A stretch of DNA of 64,000 nucleotides. Source: Octopus sinensis (taxonomy: Eukaryota). Below are positions 26,801 through 41,800 of this stretch, piece by piece (within the stretch, counting starts at the first letter, position 1; every line of letters begins with the position of its first letter). The notes under the pieces are model-generated. The model ran no database searches. It was not told where the DNA came from and worked only from the letters and a program-made list of their open reading frames with translations. The stretch covers positions 52,638,001-52,702,000 of the forward strand of contig NC_043014.1 of the NCBI RefSeq assembly GCF_006345805.1, given 5' to 3'. Both the position numbers and the translations under genes were made by a program.

Positions 26801-29800
26801 ACAAGACAAAAATGAGATCTCACCTGCAACCATTGCCATACACAAGACAAAAATGAGATCTCACCTGCAACCATTGCCATACACAAGACAAAAATGAGAT
26901 CTCACCTGCAACCATTGCCATACACAAGACAAAAATGAGATCTCACCTGCAACCATTGCCATACACAAGACAAAAATGAGATCTCACCTGCAACCATTGC
27001 CATACACAAGACAAAAATGAGATCTCACCTGCAACCATTGCCATACACAAGACAAAAATGAGATCTCACCTGCAACCATTGCCATACACAAGACAAAAAT
27101 GAGATCTCACCTGCAACCATTGCCATACACAAGACAAAAATGAGATCTCACCTGCAACCATTGCCATACACAAGACAAAAATGAGATCTCACCTGCAACC
27201 ATTGCCATACACAAGACAAAAATGAGATCTCACCTGCAACCATTGCCATACACAAGACAAAAATGAGATCTCACCTGCAACCATTGCCATACACAAGACA
27301 AAAATGAGATCTCACCTGCAACCATTGCCATACACAAGACAAAAATGAGATCTCACCTGCAACCATTGCCATACACAAGACAAAAATGAGATCTCACCTG
27401 CAACCATTGCCATACACAAGACAAAAATGAGATCTCACCTGCAACCATTGACATACACAAGACAAAAATGAGATCTCACCTGCAACCATTGACATACACA
27501 AGACAAAAATGAGATCTCACCTGCAACCATTGACATACACAAGACAAAAATGAGATCTCACCTGCAACCATTGACATACACAAGACAAAAATGAGATCTC
27601 ACCTGCAACCATTGCCATACACAAGACAAAAATGAGATCTCACCTGCAACCATTGCCATACACAAGACAAAAATGAGATCTCACCTGCAACCATTGCCAT
27701 ACACAAGACAAAAATGAGATCTCACCTGCAACCATTGCCATACACAAGACAAAAATGAGATCTCACCTGCAACCATTGCCATACACAAGACAAAAATGAG
27801 ATCTCACCTGCAACCATTGCCATACACAAGACAAAAATGAGATCTCACCTGCAACCATTGCCATACACAAGACAAAAATGAGATCTCACCTGCAACCATT
27901 GCCATACACAAGACAAAAATGAGATCTCACCTGCAACCATTGCCATACACAAGACAAAAATGAGATCTCACCTGCAACCATTGCCATACACAAGACAAAA
28001 ATGAGATCTCACCTGCAACCATTGCCATACACAAGACAAAAATGAGATCTCACCTGCAACCATTGCCATACACAAGACAAAAATGAGATCTCACCTGCAA
28101 CCATTGCCATACACAAGACAAAAATGAGATCTCACCTGCAACCATTGCCATACACAAGACAAAAATGAGATCTCACCTGCAACCATTGCCATACACAAGA
28201 CAAAAATGAGATCTCACCTGCAACCATTGCCATACACAAGACAAAAATGAGATCTCACCTGCAACCATTGCCATACACAAGACAAAAATGAGATCTCACC
28301 TGCAACCATTGCCATACACAAGACAAAAATGAGATCTCACCTGCAACCATTGCCATACACAAGACAAAAATGAGATCTCACCTGCAACCATTGCCATACA
28401 CAAGACAAAAATGAGATCTCACCTGCAACCATTGACATACACAAGACAAAAATGAGATCTCACCTGCAACCATTGCCATACACAAGACAAAAATGAGATC
28501 TCACCTGCAACCATTGCCATACACAAGACAAAAATGAGATCTCACCTGCAACCATTGCCATACACAAGACAAAAATGAGATCTCACCTGCAACCATTGCC
28601 ATACACAAGACAAAAATGAGATCTCACCTGCAACCATTGCCATACACAAGACAAAAATGAGATCTCACCTGCAACCATTGCCATACACAAGACAAAAATG
28701 AGATCTCACCTGCAACCATTGCCATACACAAGACAAAAATGAGATCTCACCTGCAACCATTGACATACACAAGACAAAAATGAGATCTCACCTGCAACCA
28801 TTGCCATACACAAGACAAAAATGAGATCTCACCTGCAACCATTGCCATACACAAGACAAAAATGAGATCTCACCTGCAACCATTGCCATACACAAGACAA
28901 AAATGAGATCTCACCTGCAACCATTGACATACACAAGACAAAAATGAGATCTCACCTGCAACCATTGACATACACAAGACAAAAATGAGATCTCACCTGC
29001 AACCATTGCCATACACAAGACAAAAATGAGATCTCACCTGCAACCATTGCCATACACAAGACAAAAATGAGATCTCACCTGCAACCATTGCCATACACAA
29101 GACAAAAATGAGATCTCACCTGCAACCATTGCCATACACAAGACAAAAATGAGATCTCACCTGCAACCATTGCCATACACAAGACAAAAATGAGATCTCA
29201 CCTGCAACCATTGCCATACACAAGACAAAAATGAGATCTCACCTGCAACCATTGCCATACACAAGACAAAAATGAGATCTCACCTGCAACCATTGACATA
29301 CACAAGACAAAAATGAGATCTCACCTGCAACCATTGCCATACACAAGACAAAAATGAGATCTCACCTGCAACCATTGACATACACAAGACAAAAATGAGA
29401 TCTCACCTGCAACCATTGCCATACACAAGACAAAAATGAGATCTCACCTGCAACCATTGCCATACACAAGACAAAAATGAGATCTCACCTGCAACCATTG
29501 CCATACACAAGACAAAAATGAGATCTCACCTGCAACCATTGCCATACACAAGACAAAAATGAGATCTCACCTGCAACCATTGCCATACACAAGACAAAAA
29601 TGAGATCTCACCTGCAACCATTGCCATACACAAGACAAAAATGAGATCTCACCTGCAACCATTGCCATACACAAGACAAAAATGAGATCTCACCTGCAAC
29701 CATTGCCATACACAAGACAAAAATGAGATCTCACCTGCAACCATTGCCATACACAAGACAAAAATGAGATCTCACCTGCAACCATTGCCATACACAAGAC

Positions 29801-32800
29801 AAAAATGAGATCTCACCTGCAACCATTGACATACACAAGACAAAAATGAGATCTCACCTGCAACCATTGCCATACACAAGACAAAAATGAGATCTCACCT
29901 GCAACCATTGCCATACACAAGACAAAAATGAGATCTCACCTGCAACCATTGCCATACACAAGACAAAAATGAGATCTCACCTGCAACCATTGACATACAC
30001 AAGACAAAAATGAGATCTCACCTGCAACCATTGCCATACACAAGACAAAAATGAGATCTCACCTGCAACCATTGCCATACACAAGACAAAAATGAGATCT
30101 CACCTGCAACCATTGCCATACACAAGACAAAAATGAGATCTCACCTGCAACCATTGCCATACACAAGACAAAAATGAGATCTCACCTGCAACCATTGCCA
30201 TACACAAGACAAAAATGAGATCTCACCTGCAACCATTGACATACACAAGACAAAAATGAGATCTCACCTGCAACCATTGACATACACAAGACAAAAATGA
30301 GATCTCACCTGCAACCATTGACATACACAAGACAAAAATGAGATCTCACCTGCAACCATTGACATACACAAGACAAAAATGAGATCTCACCTGCAACCAT
30401 TGACATACACAAGACAAAAATGAGATCTCACCTGCAACCATTGACATACACAAGACAAAAATGAGATCTCACCTGCAACCATTGCCATACACAAGACAAA
30501 AATGAGATCTCACCTGCAACCATTGACATACACAAGACAAAAATGAGATCTCACCTGCAACCATTGCCATACACAAGACAAAAATGAGATCTCACCTGCA
30601 ACCATTGCCATACACAAGACAAAATGAGATCTCACCTGCAACCATTGCCATACACAAGACAAAAATGAGATCTCACCTGCAACCATTGCCATACACAAGA
30701 CAAAAATGAGATCTCACCTGCAACCATTGACATACACAAGACAAAAATGAGATCTCACCTGCAACCATTGACATACACAAGACAAAAATGAGATCTCACC
30801 TGCAACCATTGCCATACACAAGACAAAAATGAGATCTCACCTGCAACCATTGCCATACACAAGACAAAAATGAGATCTCACCTGCAACCATTGACATACA
30901 CAAGACAAAAATGAGATCTCACCTGCAACCATTGACATACACAAGACAAAAATGAGATCTCACCTGCAACCATTGACATACACAAGACAAAAATGAGATC
31001 TCACCTGCAACCATTGCCATACACAAGACAAAAATGAGATCTCACCTGCAACCATTGACATACACAAGACAAAAATGAGATCTCACCTGCAACCATTGCC
31101 ATACACAAGACAAAAATGAGATCTCACCTGCAACCATTGCCATACACAAGACAAAATGAGATCTCACCTGCAACCATTGCCATACACAAGACAAAAATGA
31201 GATCTCACCTGCAACCATTGCCATACACAAGACAAAAATGAGATCTCACCTGCAACCATTGCCATACACAAGACAAAAATGAGATCTCACCTGCAACCAT
31301 TGCCATACACAAGACAAAAATGAGATCTCACCTGCAACCATTGCCATACACAAGACAAAAATGAGATCTCACCTGCAACCATTGCCATACACAAGACAAA
31401 AATGAGATCTCACCTGCAACCATTGCCATACACAAGACAAAAATGAGATCTCACCTGCAACCATTGCCATACACAAGACAAAAATGAGATCTCACCTGCA
31501 ACCATTGCCATACACAAGACAAAAATGAGATCTCACCTGCAACCATTGCCATACACAAGACAAAAATGAGATCTCACCTGCAACCATTGACATACACAAG
31601 ACAAAAATGAGATCTCACCTGCAACCATTGCCATACACAAGACAAAAATGAGATCTCACCTGCAACCATTGACATACACAAGACAAAAATGAGATCTCAC
31701 CTGCAACCATTGCCATACACAAGACAAAAATGAGATCTCACCTGCAACCATTGCCATACACAAGACAAAATGAGATCTCACCTGCAACCATTGACATACA
31801 CAAGACAAAAATGAGATCTCACCTGCAACCATTGCCATACACAAGACAAAAATGAGATCTCACCTGCAACCATTGATATACACAAGACAAAAATGAGATC
31901 TCACCTGCAACCATTGCCATACACAAGACAAAAATGAGATCTCACCTGCAACCATTGACATACACAAGACAAAAATGAGATCTCACCTGCAACCATTGCC
32001 ATACACAAGACAAAAATGAGATCTCACCTGCAACCATTGACATACACAAGACAAAAATGAGATCTCACCTGCAACCATTGCCATACACAAGACAAAAATG
32101 AGATCTCACCTGCAACCATTGCCATACACAAGACAAAAATGAGATCTCACCTGCAACCATTGCCATACACAAGACAAAAATGAGATCTCACCTGCAACCA
32201 TTGACATACACAAGACAAAAATGAGATCTCACCTGCAACCATTGACATACACAAGACAAAAATGAGATCTCACCTGCAACCATTGACATACACAAGACAA
32301 AAATGAGATCTCACCTGCAACCATTGACATACACAAGACAAAAATGAGATCTCACCTGCAACCATTGCCATACACAAGACAAAAATGAGATCTCACCTGC
32401 AACCATTGACATACACAAGACAAAAATGAGATCTCACCTGCAACCATTGCCATACACAAGACAAAAATGAGATCTCACCTGCAACCATTGCCATACACAA
32501 GACAAAAATGAGATCTCACCTGCAACCATTGACATACACAAGACAAAAATGAGATCTCACCTGCAACCATTGCCATACACAAGACAAAAATGAGATCTCA
32601 CCTGCAACCATTGCCATACACAAGACAAAAATGAGATCTCACCTGCAACCATTGCCATACACAAGACAAAAATGAGATCTCACCTGCAACCATTGCCATA
32701 CACAAGACAAAAATGAGATCTCACCTGCAACCATTGCCATATACAAGACACAAATGAGATCTCACCTGCAACCATTGCCATGCACAAGACAAAAATGAGA

Positions 32801-35800
32801 TCTCACCTGCAACCATTGCCATACACAAGACAAAAATGAGATCTCACCTGCAACCATTGCCATACACAAGACAAAAATGAGATCTCACCTGCAACCATTG
32901 CCATACACAAGACAAAAATGAGATCTCACCTGCAACCATTGCCATACACAAGACAAAAATGAGATCTCACCTGCAACCATTGCCATACACAAGACAAAAA
33001 TGAGATCTCACCTGCAACCATTGACATACACAAGACAAAAATGAGATCTCACCTGCAACCATTGCCATACACAAGACAAAAATGAGATCTCACCTGCAAC
33101 CATTGCCATACACAAGACAAAAATGAGATCTCACCTGCAACCATTGCCATACACAAGACAAAAATGAGATCTCACCTGCAACCATTGCCATACACAAGAC
33201 AAAAATGAGATCTCACCTGCAACCATTGCCATACACAAGACAAAATGAGATCTCACCTGCAACCATTGACATACACAAGACAAAAATGAGATCTCACCTG
33301 CAACCATTGCCATACACAAGACAAAAATGAGATCTCACCTGCAACCATTGCCATACACAAGACAAAAATGAGATCTCACCTGCAACCATTGCCATACACA
33401 AGACAAAAATGAGATCTCACCTGCAACCATTGCCATACACAAGACAAAAATGAGATCTCACCTGCAACCATTGCCATACACAAGACAAAAATGAGATCTC
33501 ACCTGCAACCATTGCCATACACAAGACAAAAATGAGATCTCACCTGCAACCATTGCACATACACAAGACAAAAATGAGATCTCACCTGCAACCATTGACA
33601 TACACAAGACAAAAATGAGATCTCACCTGCAACCATTGACATACACAAGACAAAAATGAGATCTCACCTGCAACCATTGACATACACAAGACAAAAATGA
33701 GATCTCACCTGCAACCATTGACATACACAAGACAAAAATGAGATCTCACCTGCAACCATTGCCATACACAAGACAAAAATGAGATCTCACCTGCAACCAT
33801 TGACATACACAAGACAAAAATGAGATCTCACCTGCAACCATTGCCATACACAAGACAAAAATGAGATCTCACCTGCAACCATTGCCATACACAAGACAAA
33901 AATGAGATCTCACCTGCAACCATTGCCATACACAAGAAAAAATGAGATCTCACCTGCAACCATTGCCATACACAAGACAAAAATGAGATCTCACCTGCAA
34001 CCATTGCCATACACAAGACAAAAATGAGATCTCACCTGCAACCATTGACATACACAAGACAAAAATGAGATCTCACCTGCAACCATTGCCATACACAAGA
34101 CAAAAATGAGATCTCACCTGCAACCATTGCCATACACAAGACAAAAATGAGATCTCACCTGCAACCATTGCCATACACAAGACAAAAATGAGATCTCACC
34201 TGCAACCATTGACATACACAAGACAAAAATGAGATCTCACCTGCAACCATTGACATACACAAGACAAAAATGAGATCTCACCTGCAACCATTGCCATACA
34301 CAAGACAAAAATGAGATCTCACCTGCAACCATTGCCATACACAAGACAAAAATGAGATCTCACCTGCAACCATTGCCATACACAAGACAAAAATGAGATC
34401 TCACCTGCAACCATTGCCATACACAAGACAAAAATGAGATCTCACCTGCAACCATTGCCATACACAAGACAAAAATGAGATCTCACCTGCAACCATTGCC
34501 ATACACAAGACAAAAATGAGATCTCACCTGCAACCATTGCCATACACAAGACAAAAATGAGATCTCACCTGCAACCATTGCCATACACAAGACAAAAATG
34601 AGATCTCACCTGCAACCATTGCCATACACAAGACAAAAATGAGATCTCACCTGCAACCATTGCCATACACAAGACAAAAATGAGATCTCACCTGCAACCA
34701 TTGCCATACACAAGACAAAAATGAGATCTCACCTGCAACCATTGCCATACACAAGACAAAAATGAGATCTCACCTGCAACCATTGCCATACACAAGACAA
34801 AAATGAGATCTCACCTGCAACCATTGCCATACACAAGACAAAAATGAGATCTCACCTGCAACCATTGCCATACACAAGACAAAAATGAGATCTCACCTGC
34901 AACCATTGCCATACACAAGACAAAAATGAGATCTCACCTGCAACCATTGCCATACACAAGACAAAAATGAGATCTCACCTGCAACCATTGCCATACACAA
35001 GACAAAAATGAGATCTCACCTGCAACCATTGACATACACAAGACAAAAATGAGATCTCACCTGCAACCATTGCCATACACAAGACAAAAATGAGATCTCA
35101 CCTGCAACCATTGCCATACACAAGACAAAAATGAGATCTCACCTGCAACCATTGCCATACACAAGACAAAAATGAGATCTCACCTGCAACCATTGCCATA
35201 CACAAGACAAAAATGAGATCTCACCTGCAACCATTGCCATACACAAGACAAAAATGAGATCTCACCTGCAACCATTGACATACACAAGACAAAAATGAGA
35301 TCTCACCTGCAACCATTGCCATACACAAGACAAAAATGAGATCTCACCTGCAACCATTGCCATACACAAGACAAAAATGAGATCTCACCTGCAACCATTG
35401 CCATACACAAGACAAAAATGAGATCTCACCTGCAACCATTGCCATACACAAGACAAAAATGAGATCTCACCTGCAACCATTGCCATACACAAGACAAAAA
35501 TGAGATCTCACCTGCAACCATTGCCATACACAAGACAAAAATGAGATCTCACCTGCAACCATTGCCATACACAAGACAAAAATGAGATCTCACCTGCAAC
35601 CATTGCCATACACAAGACAAAAATGAGATCTCACCTGCAACCATTGCCATACACAAGACAAAAATGAGATCTCACCTGCAACCATTGCCATACACAAGAC
35701 AAAAATGAGATCTCACCTGCAACCATTGCCATACACAAGACAAAAATGAGATCTCACCTGCAACCATTGCCATACACAAGACAAAAATGAGATCTCACCT

Positions 35801-38800
35801 GCAACCATTGCCATACACAAGACAAAAATGAGATCTCACCTGCAACCATTGCCATACACAAGACAAAAATGAGATCTCACCTGCAACCATTGCCATACAC
35901 AAGACAAAAATGAGATCTCACCTGCAACCATTGCCATACACAAGACAAAAATGAGATCTCACCTGCAACCATTGCCATACACAAGACAAAAATGAGATCT
36001 CACCTGCAACCATTGCCATACACAAGACAAAAATGAGATCTCACCTGCAACCATTGCCATACACAAGACAAAAATGAGATCTCACCTGCAACCATTGCCA
36101 TACACAAGACAAAAATGAGATCTCACCTGCAACCATTGCCATACACAAGACAAAAATGAGATCTCACCTGCAACCATTGCCATACACAAGACAAAAATGA
36201 GATCTCACCTGCAACCATTGCCATACACAAGACAAAAATGAGATCTCACCTGCAACCATTGCCATACACAAGACAAAAATGAGATCTCACCTGCAACCAT
36301 TGCCATACACAAGACAAAAATGAGATCTCACCTGCAACCATTGCCATACACAAGACAAAAATGAGATCTCACCTGCAACCATTGCCATACACAAGACAAA
36401 AATGAGATCTCACCTGCAACCATTGCCATACACAAGACAAAAATGAGATCTCACCTGCAACCATTGCCATACACAAGACAAAAATGAGATCTCACCTGCA
36501 ACCATTGCCATACACAAGACAAAAATGAGATCTCACCTGCAACCATTGACATACACAAGACAAAAATGAGATCTCACCTGCAACCATTGCCATACACAAG
36601 ACAAAAATGAGATCTCACCTGCAACCATTGACATACACAAGACAAAAATGAGATCTCACCTGCAACCATTGCCATACACAAGACAAAAATGAGATCTCAC
36701 TGCAACCATTGCCATACACAAGACAAAAATGAGATCTCACCTGCAACCATTGCCATACACAAGACAAAAATGAGATCTCACCTGCAACCATTGACATACA
36801 CAAGACAAAAATGAGATCTCACCTGCAACCATTGCCATACACAAGACAAAAATGAGATCTCACCTGCAACCATTGCCATACACAAGACAAAAATGAGATC
36901 TCACCTGCAACCATTGCCATACACAAGACAAAAATGAGATCTCACCTGCAACCATTGCCATACACAAGACAAAAATGAGATCTCACCTGCAACCATTGCC
37001 ATACACAAGACAAAAATGAGATCTCACCTGCAACCATTGCCATACACAAGACAAAAATGAGATCTCACCTGCAACCATTGCCATACACAAGACAAAAATG
37101 AGATCTCACCTGCAACCATTGCCATACACAAGACAAAAATGAGATCTCACCTGCAACCATTGCCATACACAAGACAAAAATGAGATCTCACCTGCAACCA
37201 TTGCCATACACAAGACAAAAATGAGATCTCACCTGCAACCATTGCCATACACAAGACAAAAATGAGATCTCACCTGCAACCATTGCCATACACAAGACAA
37301 AAATGAGATCTCACCTGCAACCATTGCCATACACAAGACAAAAATGAGATCTCACCTGCAACCATTGCCATACACAAGACAAAAATGAGATCTCACCTGC
37401 AACCATTGCCATACACAAGACAAAAATGAGATCTCACCTGCAACCATTGCCATACACAAGACAAAAATGAGATCTCACCTGCAACCATTGCCATACACAA
37501 GACAAAAATGAGATCTCACCTGCAACCATTGCCATACACAAGACAAAAATGAGATCTCACCTGCAACCATTGCCATACACAAGACAAAAATGAGATCTCA
37601 CCTGCAACCATTGCCATACACAAGACAAAAATGAGATCTCACCTGCAACCATTGCCATGCACAAGACAAAAATGAGATCTCACCTGCAACCATTGCCATA
37701 CACAAGACAAAAATGAGATCTCACCTGCAACCATTGCCATACACAAGACAAAAATGAGATCTCACCTGCAACCATTGCCATACACAAGACAAAAATGAGA
37801 TCTCACCTGCAACCATTGCCATACACAAGACAAAAATGAGATCTCACCTGCAACCATTGCCATACACAAGACAAAAATGAGATCTCACCTGCAACCATTG
37901 CCATACACAAGACAAAAATGAGATCTCACCTGCAACCATTGCCATACGCAAGACAAAAATGAGATCTCACCTGCAACCATTGCCATACACAAGACAAAAA
38001 TGAGATCTCACCTGCAACCATTGCCATACACAAGACAAAAATGAGATCTCACCTGCAACCATTGCCATACACAAGACAAAAATGAGATCTCACCTGCAAC
38101 CATTGCCATACACAAGACAAAAATGAGATCTCACCTGCAACCATTGCCATACACAAGACAAAAATGAGATCTCACCTGCAACCATTGCCATACACAAGAC
38201 AAAACTGAGATCTCACCTGCAACCATTGCCATACACAAGACAAAAATGAGATCTCACCTGCAACCATTGCCATACACAAGACAAAAATGAGATCTCACCT
38301 GCAACCATTGCCATACACAAGACAAAAATGAGATCTCACCTGCAACCATTGCCATACACAAGACAAAAATGAGATCTCACCTGCAACCATTGCCATACAC
38401 AAGACAAAAATGAGATCTCACCTGCAACCATTGCCATACACAAGACAAAAATGAGATCTCACCTGCAACCATTGCCATACACAAGACAAAAATGAGATCT
38501 CACCTGCAACCATTGCCATACACAAGACAAAAATGAGATCTCACCTGCAACCATTGCCATACACAAGACAAAAATGAGATCTCACCTGCAACCATTGCCA
38601 TACACAAGACAAAAATGAGATCTCACCTGCAACCATTGCCATACACAAGACAAAAATGAGATCTCACCTGCAACCATTGCCATACACAAGACAAAAATGA
38701 GATCTCACCTGCAACCATTGCCATACACAAGACAAAATGAGATCTCACCTGCAACCATTGCCATACACAAGACAAAAATGAGATCTCACCTGCAACCATT

Positions 38801-41800
38801 GCCATACACAAGACAAAAATGAGATCTCACCTGCAACCATTGCCATACACAAGACAAAAATGAGATCTCACCTGCAACCATTGCCATACACAAGACAAAA
38901 ATGAGATCTCACCTGCAACCATTGCCATACACAAGACAAAAATGAGATCTCACCTGCAACCATTGCCATACACAAGACAAAAATGAGATCTCACCTGCAA
39001 CCATTGCCATACACAAGACAAAAATGAGATCTCACCTGCAACCATTGCCATACACAAGACAAAAATGAGATCTCACCTGCAACCATTGCCATACACAAGA
39101 CAAAAATGAGATCTCACCTGCAACCATTGCCATACACAAGACAAAAATGAGATCTCACCTGCAACCATTGCCATACACAAGACAAAAATGAGATCTCACC
39201 TGCAACCATTGCCATACACAAGACAAAAATGAGATCTCACCTGCAACCATTGCCATACACAAGACAAAAATGAGATCTCACCTGCAACCATTGCCATACA
39301 CAAGACAAAAATGAGATCTCACCTGCAACCATTGCCATACACAAGACAAAAATGAGATCTCACCTGCAACCATTGCCATACACAAGACAAAAATGAGATC
39401 TCACCTGCAACCATTGCCATACACAAGACAAAAATGAGATCTCACCTGCAACCATTGCCATACACAAGACAAAAATGAGATCTCACCTGCAACCATTGCC
39501 ATACACAAGACAAAAATGAGATCTCACCTGCAACCATTGCCATACACAAGACAAAAATGAGATCTCACCTGCAACCATTGCCATACACAAAAAAAATGAG
39601 ATCTCACCTGCAACCATTGCCATACACAAGACAAAAATGAGATCTCACCTGCAACCATTGCCATACACAAGACAAAAATGAGATCTCACCTGCAACCATT
39701 GCCATACACAAGACAAAAATGAGATCTCACCTGCAACCATTGCCATACACAAGACAAAAATGAGATCTCACCTGCAACCATTGCCATACACAAGACAAAA
39801 ATGAGATCTCACCTGCAACCATTGCCATACACAAGACAAAAATGAGATCTCACCTGCAACCATTGCCATACACAAGACAAAAATGAGATCTCACCTGCAA
39901 CCATTGCCATACACAAGACAAAAATGAGATCTCACCTGCAACCATTGCCATACACAAGACAAAAATGAGATCTCACCTGCAACCATTGCCATACACAAGA
40001 CAAAAATGAGATCTCACCTGCAACCATTGCCATACACAAGACAAAAATGAGATCTCACCTGCAACCATTGCCATACACAAGACAAAAATGAGATCTCACC
40101 TGCAACCATTGCCATACACAAGACAAAAATGAGATCTCACCTGCAACCATTGCCATACACAAGACAAAAATGAGATCTCACCTGCAACCATTGCCATACG
40201 CAAGACAAAAATGAGATCTCACCTGCAACCATTGCCATACACAAGACAAAAATGAGATCTCACCTGCAACCATTGCCATACACAAGACAAAAATGAGATC
40301 TCACCTGCAACCATTGCCATACACAAGACAAAAATGAGATCTCACCTGCAACCATTGCCATACACAAGACAAAAATGAGATCTCACCTGCAACCATTGCC
40401 ATACACAAGACAAAAATGAGATCTCACCTGCAACCATTGCCATACACAAGACAAAAATGAGATCTCACCTGCAACCATTGCCATACACAAGACAAAAATG
40501 AGATCTCACCTGCAACCATTGCCATACACAAGACAAAAATGAGATCTCACCTGCAACCATTGCCATACACAAGACAAAAATGAGATCTCACCTGCAACCA
40601 TTGCCATACACAAGACAAAAATGAGATCTCACCTGCAACCATTGCCATACACAAGACAAAAATGAGATCTCACCTGCAACCATTGCCATACACAAGACAA
40701 AAATGAGATCTCACCTGCAACCATTGCCATACACAAGACAAAAATGAGATCTCACCTGCAACCATTGCCATACACAAGACAAAAATGAGATCTCACCTGC
40801 AACCATTGCCATACACAAGACAAAAATGAGATCTCACCTGCAACCATTGCCATACACAAGACAAAAATGAGATCTCACCTGCAACCATTGCCATACACAA
40901 GACAAAAATGAGATCTCACCTGCAACCATTGCCATACACAAGACAAAAATGAGATCTCACCTGCAACCATTGCCATACACAAGACAAAAATGAGATCTCA
41001 CCTGCAACCATTGCCATACACAAGACAAAAATGAGATCTCACCTGCAACCATTGCCATACACAAGACAAAAATGAGATCTCACCTGCAACCATTGCCATA
41101 CACAAGACAAAAATGAGATCTCACCTGCAACCATTGCCATACACAAGACAAAAATGAGATCTCACCTGCAACCATTGCCATACACAAGACAAAAATGAGA
41201 TCTCACCTGCAACCATTGCCATACACAAGACAAAAATGAGATCTCACCTGCAACCATTGCCATACACAAGACAAAAATGAGATCTCACCTGCAACCATTG
41301 CCATACACAAGACAAAAATGAGATCTCACCTGCAACCATTGCCATACACAAGACAAAAATGAGATCTCACCTGCAACCATTGCCATACACAAGACAAAAA
41401 TGAGATCTCACCTGCAACCATTGCCATACACAAGACAAAAATGAGATCTCACCTGCAACCATTGCCATACACAAGACAAAAATGAGATCTCACCTGCAAC
41501 CATTGCCATACACAAGACAAAAATGAGATCTCACCTGCAACCATTGCCATACACAAGACAAAAATGAGATCTCACCTGCAACCATTGCCATACACAAGAC
41601 AAAAATGAGATCTCACCTGCAACCATTGCCATACACAAGACAAAAATGAGATCTCACCTGCAACCATTGCCATACACAAGACAAAAATGAGATCTCACCT
41701 GCAACCATTGCCATACACAAGACAAAAATGAGATCTCACCTGCAACCATTGCCATACACAAGACAAAAATGAGATCTCACCTGCAACCATTGCCATACAC

